From Macrostomum lignano (taxonomy: Eukaryota), in contig NIVC01000012.1 of the NCBI GenBank assembly GCA_002269645.1, forward strand, positions 1,054,001-1,118,000: a DNA stretch of 64,000 bases, given 5' to 3'. Both the position numbers and the translations under genes were made by a program. The notes under the pieces are model-generated. The model searched no databases. It was not told the DNA's origin and saw only the letters and a list, made by a program, of their open reading frames with translations. Positions 1-12,344 of this stretch are shown piece by piece; positions within the stretch are counted from its first letter, which is position 1, and every line of letters begins with the position of its first letter.

Positions 1-726
1 TTTTACAACTAATAGGATTCGGAGAATTGGGATTTTTACAACTATTAGGATTCGGAGAATTGGGATTTTTACAACTAATAGGATTCTGAGGATTGGGATT
101 TTTACAACTAATAGGATTCGGAGAATTGGGACTTTTACAACTAATAGGATTCGGAGAATTGGGATTTTTACAACTAATAGGATTCTGAGGATTGGGATTT
201 TTACAACTAATAGGATTCGGAGAATTGGGATTTTTACAACTAATAGGATTCGGAGAATTGGGACTTTTACAACTAATAGGATTCGGAGAATTGGGATTTT
301 TACAACTAATAGGATTCGGAGAATTGGGATTTTTACAACTAATAGGATTCTGAGAATTGGGACTTTTACAACTAATAGGATTCGGAGAATTGGGATTTTT
401 ACAACTAATAGGATTCTGAGGATTGGGATTTTTACAACTAATAGGATTCTGGGGATTGGGATTTTTACAACTAATAGGATTCGGAGAATTGGGATTTTTA
501 CAACTAATAGGATTCTGAGGATTGGGATTTTTACAACTAATAGGATTCTGAGGATTGGGATTTTTACAACTAATGGGATTCGGAGAATTGGGATTTTTAC
601 AACTAATAGGATTCTGAGAATTGGGATTTTTACAACTAATAGGATTCTGAGAATTGGGATTTTTACAACTAATAGGATTCGGAGAATTGGGATTTTTACA
701 AATAATAGGATTCTGAGAATTGGGAT
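1..726. repeat. 33-bp minisatellite (TTTTTACAACTAATAGGATTCGGAGAATTGGGA)n, truncated by window start
   Basis: About 22 near-identical head-to-tail units read directly. Confidence 0.95.
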
Positions 727-1320
727 TTCCCTACCCAGAGAATATAGTCCTACACACACAGGTACACATTAATACTTTAATCAGGTAACGAAAACAATAG
801 TTCAAAGCGCTAAGTTTGCAAAGTAATACAAGCTAATATTATAATTTCTATTACAACATGTTTCTTATTGTCGCATGGAAATCTAAGTACTTTAAAGTAT
901 AATATAAGCTGCTTAATAAAAATTCATAAAAAATGCGAGAACATACTGGTAACTACGATTTACAATAACCGACTCCGGTTTAACAAAAATAACACTAAAA
1001 CTCGTAATTAAATATAGAAAAAAATTCCATTAAAAATATTAGACAATAAAAAAGCGGTTCAAATGACTTTTAATCTGTCAGGCCAGAATTGAACACATAT
1101 CTAATAAAGGCAAATGGCAAGATTACAGCAGGCGCTATGATAGGCGCTATGATAAAAAAGTTGACAAGACGCGATCAGTTTTAGATTTAGTATATACGGA
1201 TTGTTGATAAATATTGAGCTGATAAAACTGCATTTAAAATTGGTCACAGAACAACACGCAACACTGAATCCAGGTGTTATCCTAAATTAAAAAAAAAACA
1301 GTTTCACTAAATTGGAAAAC

Positions 1321-2730
1321 CATCTGAAGGGTCAGGACACCTGAAGGGTCAGGACACCTGAAGGGTCAGGACACCTGAAGGGTCAGGACACCTGAAGGGT
1401 CAGGACACCTGAAGGGTCAGGACACCTGAAGGGTCAGGACACCTGAAGGGTCAGGACACCTGAAGGGTCAGGACACCTGAAAGGTCAGGACACCTGAAGG
1501 GTCAGGACACCTGAAGGGTCAGGACACCTGAAAGGTCAAGACACCTGAAGGGTCAGGACACCTGAAGGGTCAGGCTAGCCGAAGGGTCAGGACACCTGAA
1601 GGGTCAGGACACCTGAAGGGTCAGGACACCTGAAGGGTCAGGACACCTGAAGGGTCAGGAAACCTGAAGGGTCAGGACACCTGAAGGGTCAGGACACCTG
1701 AAGGGTCAGGACACCTGAAGGGTCAGGACACTTGAAGGGTCAGGACACCTGAAGGGTCAGGCTAGCCGAAGGGTCAGGCTAGCCGAAGGGTCAGGACACC
1801 TGAAGGGTCAGGACACCTGAAAGGTCAGGACACCTGAAGGGTCAGGACACCTGAAGGGTCAGGACACCTGAAAGGTCAAGACACCTGAAGGGTCAGGACA
1901 CCTGAAGGGTCAGGCTAGCCGAAGGGTCAGGACACCTGAAGGGTCAGGCTAGCCGAAGGGTCAGGCTAGCCGAAGGGTCAGGACACCTGAAGGGTCAGGC
2001 TAGCCGAAGGGTCAGGACACCTGAAGGGTCAGGCTAGCCGAAGGGTCAGGACACCTGAAGGGTCAGGCTAGCCGAAGGGTCAGGACACCTGAAGGGTCAG
2101 GACACCTGAAAGGTCAGGACACCTGAAGGGTCAGGACACCTGAAAGGTCAAGACACCTGAAGGGTCAGGACACCTGAAGGGTCAGGCTAGCCGAAGGGTC
2201 AGGACACCTGAAGGGTCAGGACACCTGAAGGGTCAGGACACCTGAAGGGTCAGGACAAATGAAGGGTCAGGACACCTGAAGGGTCAGGACACCTGAAGGG
2301 TCAGGACACCTGAAAGGTCAAGACACCTGAAGGGTCAGGACACCTGAAGGGTCAGGACACCTGAAGGGTCAGGACACCTGAAGGGTCAGGACACCTGAAG
2401 GGTCAGGACACCTGAAGGGTCAGGAAACCTGAAGGGTCAGGACACCTGAAGGGTCAGGACACCTGAAGGGTCAGGACACCTGAAGGGTCAGGCTAGCCGA
2501 AGGGTCAGGCTAGCCGAAGGGTCAGGACACCTGAAGGGTCAGGACACCTGAAAGGTCAGGACACCTGAAGGGTCAGGACACCTGAAGGGTCAGGACACCT
2601 GAAAGGTCAAGACACCTGAAGGGTCAGGACACCTGAAGGGTCAGGCTAGCCGAAGGGTCAGGACACCTGAAGGGTCAGGCTAGCCGAAGGGTCAGGCTAG
2701 CCGAAGGGTCAGGACACCTGAAGGGTCACC
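1321..2730. repeat. 17-bp satellite (CACCTGAAGGGTCAGGA)n with GGCTAGCCG variant units
   Basis: Direct reading, ~80 units. Confidence 0.95.
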
Positions 2731-3559
2731 TGAACGTTAAGGTTATCTGAAGGGTAATTGAATTACTATAATTGCAATCTGGAATCCCGGAAGTCAGACA
2801 CTTCCTATACAACGACAAGGGAAGCAAACAAAAAATGCTAAAAGCAAGCAAAATGAATTAAAATTTGCCCATCTGGGATAAAAAAGTCTAAACTGAAATT
2901 CTTACAACAACAGCATAAACAACTTGACTAACTACCGAGATCTTCAGAAACACACAGGGGCTTTAAGTCAAAGTTTAAGCCTTTAAAGTAATCTAAGTAA
3001 ATCTAAGTACTTTAAAGTATAATATAAGCTGCTTAATAAAAATTCATAAAAAATGCGAGAACATACTGGTAACTACGATTTACAATAACCGACTCCGGTT
3101 TAACAAAAATAACACTAAAACTCGTAATTAAATATAGAAAAAAATTCCATTAAAAATATTAGACAATAAAAAAGCGGTTCAAATGACTTTTAATCTGTCA
3201 GGCCAGAATTGAACACATATCTAATAAAGGCAAATGGCAAGATTACAGCAGGCGCTATGATAGGCGCTATGATAAAAAGTTGACAAGACGCGATCAGTTT
3301 TAGATTTAGTATATACGGATTGTTGATAAATATTGAGCTGATAAAACTGCATTTAAAATTGGTCACAGAACAACACGCAACACTGAATCCAGGTGTTATC
3401 CTAAATTAAAAAAAAAACAGTTTCACTAAATTGGAAAACCATCTGAAGGGTCAGGACACCTGAAGGGTCAGGACACCTGAAGGGTCAGGACACCTGAAGG
3501 GTCAGGACACCTGAAGGGTCAGGACACCTGAAGGGTCAGGACACCTGAAGGGTCAGGAC

Positions 3560-6325
3560 CACAGATACTACAAACACTAGATAGGCCACTCCAGCTAATT
3601 TTCACAACACGACACTTTACTCTACTTTCTGCTTAGTAGTAGTAAAAACATTTTAGCGTTATTTATATTTTTTAAAAATAAAAAAACAGATGAATGCAAT
3701 GCAGCAATTATATTGATTTTATTTGCAAAAGGAAACTTATAATTATACTTTCCACAGTTCAAAGCAACATTGTGAATGCTTTAGATTGCATAGAAGGCTA
3801 TATTATTGCAGTCAACTATTGTATATTTAGCAAATACGAGCTATATCATATACTCCATAATCCATATTCGTGTAGCAAAATAGAAAGATTTCTCATCTTA
3901 ATCAGCTCATCTGTTTGTGAAACTCGCAGCGTGCTGTCGAAGAACAGGGGGTCGCCAGTCGCCCTTGTTCAGAGGCAGCATTCAGAACGGCCCAACAGAT
4001 GAAAAAAACTGGCGAATGCGCCACTTCAAGGTCCAGGGATGTATCCGATGGAGAGCCAATCCTCAGTGGTTTCGTAACAGGCAGCCGATAAGCAGCAGGA
4101 CTTTTGTGGTGCAGCTGCAATGAGCTGCTGATGAAATGACATCCTTTGACCAGAGCACCCCTGACTGCGAGCGCCCTGCCGCCCAGTCGACCGCTGGAAG
4201 CTGCGCTAGCCACGCCTCCACAGTCCATGGATGCACGACTGCGCTGCACTTGCCTTGACCATCGAGAGTTGCCGCTGCAGCCGCTTGATTTGCCTGTCGC
4301 TTTCGGGATTGCCGATGCAGCCGCTTGATTTGCCTGTCGCTTTCGGGATTGCCGCTGCAGCCGCATGATTTGCCTGTCGCTTTCGGGATTGCCGCTGCAG
4401 CCGCTTGATTTGCCTGTCGCTTTCGGGATTGCCGCTGCAGCCGCTTGATTTGCCTGTCGCTTTCGGGATTGCCGCTGCAGCCGCTTGATTTGCCAGTCGC
4501 TTTCGGGATTGCCGCTGCAGCCGCTTGATTCGCCTGTCGCTTTCGGGATCGTTGCTGCAGCCGCTTGATTTGCCTGTCGCTTTCGGGATTGCCGCTGCAG
4601 CCGCTTGATTCGCCTGTCGCTTTCGAGATTGCCGCTGCAGCCGCTTGATTTGCCAGTCGCTTTCGGGATTGCCGCTGCAGCCGCTTGATTCGCCTGTCGC
4701 TTTCGGGATCGTTGCTGCAGCCGCTTGATTTGCCTGTCGCTTTCGGGATTGCCGCTGCAGCCGCTTGATTCGCCTGTCGCTTTCGGGATTGCCGCTGCAG
4801 CCGCTTGATTCGCCTGTCGTTTTCGGGATTGCCGCTGCAGCCGCTTGATTCGCCTGTCGCTTTCGGGATTGCCGCTGCAGCCGCTTGATTCGCCTGTCGC
4901 TTTCGGGATCGTTGCTGCAGCCGCTTGATTTGCCTGTCGTTTTCGGGATTGCCGCTGCAGCCGCTTGATTCGCCTGTCGCTTTCGGGATCGTTGCTGCAG
5001 CCGCTTGATTTGCCGGTCGCTTTCGGGATTGCCGCTGCAGCCGCTTGATTCGCCTGTCGCTTTCGGGATCGTTGCTGCAGCCGCTTGATTTGCCTGTCGT
5101 TTTCGGGATTGCCGCTGCAGCCGCTTGATTCGCCTGTCGCTTTCGGGATCGTTGCTGCAGCCGCTTGATTTGCCGGTCGCTTTCGGGATTGCCGCTGCAG
5201 CCGCTTGATTCGCCTGTCACTTTCGGGATCGTTGCTGCAGCCGCTTGATCGTTGCCTCTAGCGCTTGGAACCCGCGAATCGGCTGCAGAGGTGAGAGCTT
5301 TCAGCCGCAACAGCTGTTCTCGGCGCAGAATCTGGTAGCCGAAGGTTGCTCTGCCACAGCACTGGCAGCAGGCAAGTCGCAGGCTCGGCTGCAGATAGAT
5401 TGCTAATTGGCCCCAGCACTGGAGGGTACATGTCGTCTGCCTCTTCATCGTTTATCAGTCCTTTGCACAGAGGGTTGCTGGTCTATTTGAACGAGCCGAG
5501 GCAGCATCAACTCTTGGTGTGGGATTGCGTCCCAGCGAAAACAGATGTCTTGCACATCCGTGGCACTTTGTAAGGCAGCAGTAGGCCTCGTCCATAAAGT
5601 GCAAGCCGAACACACGGAGGCCCCGTGATTTAATTGTTTATAAAGGTCAATATCCATGCTCCTGCAGTAGCTGCTGCCAGCGCTTCGCCAGTGTCATCTT
5701 TTGGTAATTAATGCATTCGCAACGGATTTTTCTTTCTCGGATGTTAATAGCACTAGTACAAAGCTCGTGCAAGTGGGAGCACAGCAGTGGTTCGAATCAA
5801 AACATTTCTCGAGTACAAGATTAGATAGAAAAGCTAGTATGCACTCGAACTTTCTTTAACTCTGACTCTTGTCCTGTTCATCTATATAAGCTTGTATTTA
5901 AGCACGATTCGCCACCCCCAAATTTTCTAACCCACAACCTCTCAACCCCCACCCCTAACCCAGGCTAGCTATGTGCAGTCCTTTATTTTCTATCCCACCA
6001 CCAGTAGGCCTAAATTATTGATCCACTCACCCTGCCTTATACGAAACTGATATTAACCCTATTCCAGACTACCCCCCTTCCTCCACTTTGAAAGATAGCG
6101 GCATTGCACACTGTCTGTCGCGTCTTAATGTACACCATTACTGCACAAAACAAGTTAGTTGTTTATGGCGTTAGCAAAACGATGTCTTAAAAACAGTCAC
6201 TCGATTTGTCTAATTTAGCAAATAATACTTTTGCTTCCTTTCATTGCTACTAAGCAGAAAGTAGAATAAAAAACTTGCCCAGAAAATTAGCCTGAGCGGC
6301 CCATCTAGTGTTTATAGTATCTGTG
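3560..6325. mobile_element. Non-autonomous P-superfamily-like DNA transposon (2766 bp) inserted in the 17-bp satellite
   Basis: Imperfect ~43-bp TIRs CACAGATACTACAAACACTAGATAGGCCACTCCAGCTAATTTT / AAAATTAGCCTGAGCGGCCCATCTAGTGTTTATAGTATCTGTG; perfect 8-bp TSD GTCAGGAC at 3552-3559 and 6326-6333; termini fit CANRG..CYNTG; no transposase ORF seen. Confidence 0.85.
4270..5250. repeat. 40-bp minisatellite (GCCGCTGCAGCCGCTTGATTTGCCTGTCGCTTTCGGGATT)n inside the P-like element
   Basis: About 24 units; explains ORF 4063..5448. Confidence 0.92.
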
Positions 6326-7265
6326 GTCAGGACACCTGAAGGGTCAGGACACCTGAAAGGTCAGGACACCTGAAGGGTCAGGACACCTGAAGGGTCAGGA
6401 CACCTGAAAGGTCAAGACACCTGAAGGGTCAGGACACCTGAAGGGTCAGGCTAGCCGAAGGGTCAGGACACCTGAAGGGTCAGGCTAGCCGAAGGGTCAG
6501 GCTAGCCGAAGGGTCAGGACACCTGAAGGGTCAGGCTAGCCGAAGGGTCAGGACACCTGAAGGGTCAGGCTAGCCGAAGGGTCAGGACACCTGAAGGGTC
6601 AGGCTAGCCGAAGGGTCAGGACACCTGAAGGGTCAGGACACCTGAAAGGTCAGGACACCTGAAGGGTCAGGACACCTGAAAGGTCAAGACACCTGAAGGG
6701 TCAGGACACCTGAAGGGTCAGGCTAGCCGAAGGGTCAGGACACCTGAAGGGTCAGGACACCTGAAGGGTCAGGACACCTGAAGGGTCAGGACAAATGAAG
6801 GGTCAGGACACCTGAAGGGTCAGGACACCTGAAGGGTCAGGACACCTGAAAGGTCAAGACACCTGAAGGGTCAGGACACCTGAAGGGTCAGGACACCTGA
6901 AGGGTCAGGACACCTGAAGGGTCAGGACACCTGAAGGGTCAGGACACCTGAAGGGTCAGGAAACCTGAAGGGTCAGGACACCTGAAGGGTCAGGACACCT
7001 GAAGGGTCAGGACACCTGAAGGGTCAGGCTAGCCGAAGGGTCAGGCTAGCCGAAGGGTCAGGACACCTGAAGGGTCAGGACACCTGAAAGGTCAGGACAC
7101 CTGAAGGGTCAGGACACCTGAAGGGTCAGGACACCTGAAAGGTCAAGACACCTGAAGGGTCAGGACACCTGAAGGGTCAGGCTAGCCGAAGGGTCAGGAC
7201 ACCTGAAGGGTCAGGCTAGCCGAAGGGTCAGGCTAGCCGAAGGGTCAGGACACCTGAAGGGTCAC
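6326..7265. repeat. 17-bp satellite, second copy (continuous with 3441-3559 before the insertion)
   Basis: Same unit and variant order as ~1790-2730. Confidence 0.95.
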
Positions 7266-7510
7266 CTGAACGTTAAGGTTATCTGAAGGGTAATTGAATT
7301 ACTATAATTGCAATCTGGAATCCCGGAAGTCAGACACTTCCTATACAACGACAAGGGAAGCAAACAAAAAATGCTAAAAGCAAGCAAAATGAATTAAAAT
7401 TTGCCCATCTGGGATAAAAAAGTCTAAACTGAAATTCTTACAACAACAGCATAAACAACTTGACTAACTACCGAGATCTTCAGAAACACACAGGGGCTTT
7501 AAGTCAAAGT

Positions 7511-8074
7511 TTAAGCCTTTTGCTCCATCAGAGGCTGCTGGGGAGGCGGCGGCTGCGGCTGATAGATGACCTGCTGCTGGGGCTGCTGCTGCTGATTGCT
7601 GGCACCGCAGTAGCCCCTGGCCCGCATTCGATAATAAATCAGCACCACGATGCCGCCAACGCCCAGCCAGACAGCAAAGGCGATCAGGATGGTCAGCAGA
7701 TCCCAGGAGGCGGCCAGCAAATACGCCAGCACGCCGGCCGTGTCGCCAGCCTCAATGCAGTTGTCTTCATCGCCAGTGAGTGCGCAGTCCATTGTGGCAT
7801 CGCAGCGCTGGTCGCATTCGTACACTTCAACAGAATACCGATTGCAGGCGCAGTAGCACTTCACTCTGTCCCGGTTGGCTCGCGACGTGAAGTTTTTGTC
7901 GCAAGAGTCGCAGCCGGAGCAGAGGATTCGGTCTTTGGCGCACTTTTGTTCCGCCTCGTTCATGCAGGAAACCCGCGATACCTGACGGGCAGGGGGTTGT
8001 CTGGCTGTCTGCCTGCCTGTCCTGCGAGTCTGCTTGCCGGTCTGCGCTTGTCTTTCAGCCTGTTTTTCTACCTA

Positions 8075-8113
<39 letters not shown>

Positions 8114-8116
8114 TCC

Positions 8117-8149
<33 letters not shown>

Positions 8150-8176
8150 TCCTGTCTGTCTGTCTGTCTGTCTTCC

Positions 8177-8220
<44 letters not shown>

Positions 8221-9032
8221 GGTCTGTCTGTCTGTCTTTCCATCTTTCTGTCTGTCTGTCTGCCTGTCTGCCTGTCCGTCTGTCTGTCTTCCTATCTGCG
8301 TGTGTGTCTGTCTTAGTGTCTGTCTGTCTGTCTGTGTATCTATCTGTCTGTCTGTCTGTCGGTCTGTCCGTCCGTCTGTCTGTCTGTCTGTCTGTCTGTC
8401 TTTCCATCTTTCTGTCTGTCTGTCTGCCTGTCTGCCTGTCCGTCTGTCTGTCTTCCTATCTGCGTGTGTGTCTGTCTTAGTGTCTGTCTGTCTGTCTGTT
8501 TGTCGGTCTGTCCGTCCATCTGTCTCTCTATCCGTCCGTTTGTCTGTATATCTGTCTGTCTGTGTATCTATCTGTCTGTCTGTCTGTCTGTCTGTCTGTC
8601 GGTCTGTCCGTCTGTCTGTCTGTCTGTCTGTCTGTCGGTCTGTCTGTCTGTCTGTCTGTCTGTGTATCTATCTGTCTGTCCGTATGTCTGTCCGTGTGTC
8701 TATCCGTCTGTCTGCTTGACCGCCTGACCATATGGAAGCCAGAAAGCATGTAAATAAAGCATAGCACAGTTACGAAAGAACCTCACCCGATCAGAGTACT
8801 CAGACTCCAGCAGCAGCCAGGCGCAGGTCATGCTGCTGTCACTGTCCAAGCACAGCTCCAACGCCTTCGATTTGGTCCGCTCTGACGGGCTCAGGGCGGC
8901 ACCGCTTAGCTTTGAATTGACCAGTCTTGTAGCCGCAGCCTCCTGCTTGGAGACTGCGTCCTGAGCCTGGCTGCCCGCTAGGACCATCAGGGCGACCAAA
9001 GCCAAAACCAGCGGATCAGAGGACGAGAGCAT
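7511..9032 (-). CDS. Type-I membrane protein, paralogue 1 (signal peptide, Cys-rich domain, partial LDLa module, TM, Q/P-rich tail); complement join(7511..7981,8787..9032), 238 aa
   Basis: Phase-0 intron CGG|GTGAG...CAG|GTA joins ORF 8700..9032 to ORF 7511..7963; the spliced product aligns with the two intronless paralogues (C..CAWL..VSC..E..C, CYCAC, CDATMDC..DEDNC). Confidence 0.85.
8065..8715. repeat. Degenerate (CTGT)n microsatellite filling the intron of paralogue 1
   Basis: Direct reading. Confidence 0.95.
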
Positions 9033-9189
9033 TTTATCAAGCTTATTGTATTTTATATTTTTGTATAGATTTTTTACTATGCGGCTTAAATATTAAGCTG
9101 GAAAATTAACCAATACATGTTTCTTTGTCGAATAAGCAGGAATAAATTTGATTATTTTATTGCAATCCCTTGAACTATTACAGACACAA

Positions 9190-10277
9190 TATCAATCACT
9201 GAGTGTGTGACAGAATCAGTCACCCAGTGTGTCACAGAATCAGTCACTGAGTGTGTCACAGAATCAGTCACTGAGTGTGTCACAGAATCAGTCACCGAGT
9301 GTGTCACAGAATCAGTCACCGAGTGTGTCACAGAATCAGTCACCGAGTGTTTCACAACATCAGTCACCGAGTGTTTCACAACATCAGTCACTGAGTGTTT
9401 CACAACATCAGTCACTGAGTGTTTCACAACATCAGTCACTGAGTGTTTCACAACATCAGTCACTGAGTGTTTCACAACATCAGTCACTGAGTGTTTCACA
9501 ACATCAGTCACTGAGTGTTTCACAACATCAGTCACTGAGTGTTTCACAACATCAGTCACTGAGTGTTTCACAACATCAGTCACTGAGTGTTTCACAACAT
9601 CAGTCACTGAGTGTTTCACAACATCAGTCACTGAGTGTTTCACAACATCAGTCACTGAGTGTTTCACAACATCAGTCACTGAGTGTTTCACAACATCAGT
9701 CACTGAGTGTTTCACAACATCAGTCACTGAGTGTTTCACAACATCAGTCACTGAGTGTGTCACAACATCAGTCACTGAGTGTTTCACAACATCAGTCACT
9801 GAGTGTTTCACAACATCAGTCACTGAGTGTTTCACAACATCAGTCACTGAGTGTTTCACAACATCAGTCACTGAGTGTTTCACAACATCAGTCACTGAGT
9901 GTTTCACAACATCAGTCACTGAGTGTTTCACAACATCAGTCACTGAGTGTTTCACAACATCAGTCACTGAGTGTTTCACAACATCAGTCACTGAGTGTTT
10001 CACAACATCAGTCACTGAGTGTTTCACAACATCAGTCACTGAGTGTTTCACAACATCAGTCACTGAGTGTTTCACAACATCAGTCACTGAGTGTTTCACA
10101 ACATCAGTCACTGAGTGTTTCACAACATCAGTCACTGAGTGTTTCACAACATCAGTCACTGAGTGTTTCACAACATCAGTCACTGAGTGTTTCACAACAT
10201 CAGTCACTGAGTGTTTCACAACATCAGTCACTGAGTGTTTCACAACATCAGTCACTAAGGTCGCAGCGTCAGTCACT
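9190..10277. repeat. 24-bp minisatellite (CAGTCACTGAGTGTTTCACAACAT)n
   Basis: About 45 units, highly homogeneous. Confidence 0.95.
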
Positions 10278-10934
10278 GGGTGGAAGATAAAAAAAGGAAA
10301 ATGAAAGAAAAGTGAAAAAATTCAATATTAAAAAGGATTCCTTAATTAAGTGTGTTATTTACAAATATTGTAAATAAAATATTGATTATTATCAATTACA
10401 AATATTGATTGAAATCTGTTCTATAGCTAGCATTGTTGAATAAAATAGATTAATGGGTTAAATAATGCGGGTTTGAGATTAATTTTGAAAAGTAAAAAAT
10501 ACAATACAATAAATAAAAATTACAAAACAAAGAAAAGTTTAATTAGGCGCACTAAAAGTTACATTATAAGTGAAAATATGGCTTCAGGACACAGACATAC
10601 TCGTAAAAATCAATATTTAAGTAATGAACTGTTTCCAATTATTACAAAGGAAGAATGAGTTATTACTGAACTAACTAACAGAACTCTTCAACATTACCTT
10701 GCGAGTAGATTAGTGCTTTGAAGTTAGCAACTAGGATAAATAACTTAATAAAATCAACCCAAGAAAAAATTTTATTAAACGACATTAGCAGCAGATCAAA
10801 GACCAATTAGGTTTCTCGCTTATTAAACGTTCAAGGTGAACTTTTAATCCCTAGTTGAAAGTACAAAGAACAAAGATGGTTGGGCCATAGACAACAGGCA
10901 AATTTCTTCCCATTCTGCCGACTTCCCGCAGCAG

Positions 10935-11146
10935 GCACACAAGCGCGCGGATATACGCACAGGCACACACTCGCACAGGAGTGTACAGCGGCCCTAACTT
11001 TATTTATCGTTTGGCATGTGCTTCACTGTGCCTTGTGCCTCAAGGGCGTCAATTGCACGAGCAGAGCCAAGCCGAGATTCCAATTTTAGCCCCAAATTAA
11101 TGTGACTGCACTTGGAATCGAGCGAGGGCCGGATCACTAGGCTACG
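10935..11146 (-). mobile_element. tRNA-derived SINE copy
   Basis: Reverse strand has TAGCCTAGTG (A-box-like) and GCTCGATTCC (B-box-like), then a body near-identical to 28212-28375. Confidence 0.7.
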
Positions 11147-11427
11147 CCCACCGTCCAAAGCGTAAGTAAACTCCCAAGATAAATAAGTCGCCTGGAAAAT
11201 AATTTTTCGAAACCATATGATTCGAAAAACTGTTTAATTACAGGGTTTTAGGTTTACCTTATATTTTAACAACCGAACACAAGTGAACTGCACTTGACTA
11301 GAGATAATAGAGTGACAGAGTCAACTGAGCTGACAGATCGTAATTCCAAACTGCACTCTCCCCTTGCAGCAGACCTTCTAGACTTAGTGCCTCTAAACTT
11401 TAGCTGTCAAAAAATCAAAATTAAAGT

Positions 11428-12288
11428 TTATGAAGCCACAACAGACTCATAAGACGGAGGCGATTGATAAGACAGCTGCTGCTGCTGCTGCTGTGGATAA
11501 GGTTGCAAAGTAATCAAATGTTGAGCAGATGGCGGCTGAGTTGTCATCAAATGCTGGGCAGCTTTGTACGCACGATACCGTTTATACATAGTATAACCAG
11601 CGATTATAGATACGAAGACAATAACTGCAGCAACAATGACAGTGTACAGAATGTCATTTGATCTGTTATCGCCCAATTCTGGAGCTGGATTGCCTTTCTG
11701 TTTGTAATATTTGCACATTTTGTAGTCCTCATCGGCGCTGCTTGAGCATGCTTCTCTTTTATCGCAAAGATTGCTGCATTTATAATAGCCTGTCTTTAAC
11801 GCCTTGCCTGTGTCAAGAAAAATTTTATTGCGTCCGTAATCGCAGGTGCAATAGCATTCGAATGTACAAGTGGAACAGCTTGGCCAATCAAATGTTGCAC
11901 ATGGTGAGCACAAAGTGCAATCAGAGTACCAATCCACGGTAGCGCCGCTACTACCACTACTTCGAGTAGCAAACAATCTGTCCCTGTTACACTGATCCCG
12001 CCATTCACTGTAACAGGATACAGCTATGGGAGTATTTGATGTTTTATTAATCTGCAGCCATGCGCAGAATGCTTCGCTATATTGCCTGTAGCACTGATAA
12101 ATTGCCATTGGTATTGTGCGCTGTTTTGGTGCCAGTTTTTGCAACTCCAGATTAGCTTTATAAGACGCTTTGGTACTAGAATTTGTATAGTCAAATGAGA
12201 CAGCTATTGACATTGAGCAAAACAGGCACAGCGATACAACTAGTAGGGACACTGGTGATGCTGACATGTTGATTAGTCTAATCTTCAT
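11428..12288 (-). CDS. Type-I membrane protein, paralogue 2 (intronless, 286 aa; Cys-rich, partial LDLa, TM, PPSY tail)
   Basis: Long non-repetitive ORF; hydrophobic N-terminus, CSNLCDKREAC..DEDYKMC, TM ILYTVIVAAVIVFVSIIAGY, C-terminal SPPSYESV. Confidence 0.9.
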   Translation of the reverse strand: MKIRLINMSASPVSLLVVSLCLFCSMSIAVSFDYTNSSTKASYKANLELQKLAPKQRTIPMAIYQCYRQYSEAFCAWLQINKTSNTPIAVSCYSEWRDQCNRDRLFATRSSGSSGATVDWYSDCTLCSPCATFDWPSCSTCTFECYCTCDYGRNKIFLDTGKALKTGYYKCSNLCDKREACSSSADEDYKMCKYYKQKGNPAPELGDNRSNDILYTVIVAAVIVFVSIIAGYTMYKRYRAYKAAQHLMTTQPPSAQHLITLQPYPQQQQQQLSYQSPPSYESVVAS

Positions 12289-12344
12289 CTGTGTTTTAAC
12301 ATAAATGTATTAACAACATATTTGATTGGTTGATATGGACAGGA

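Larger units (their letters stand above)
879..7520. repeat. Tandem segmental duplication: copy 1 ~879-2983, copy 2 ~2999-7520 (copy 2 carries a 2.77-kb transposon insertion)
   Basis: 881-1320 recurs at 3001-3440; 2730-2983 recurs at 7265-7520; both copies enclose the same 17-bp satellite with matching variant order. Confidence 0.9.

Noticed and set aside
4063-5448. 461-aa ORF
   Set aside because: Translation of a 40-bp minisatellite inside a transposon; period not a multiple of 3
7460-8719. 419-aa plus-strand ORF and other VCLS/DRQT ORFs
   Set aside because: Antisense to paralogue 1 plus (CTGT)n read-through
9152-10304. Three 350-370-aa ORFs
   Set aside because: A stop-free 24-bp unit is open in several frames on both strands; no splice or domain support
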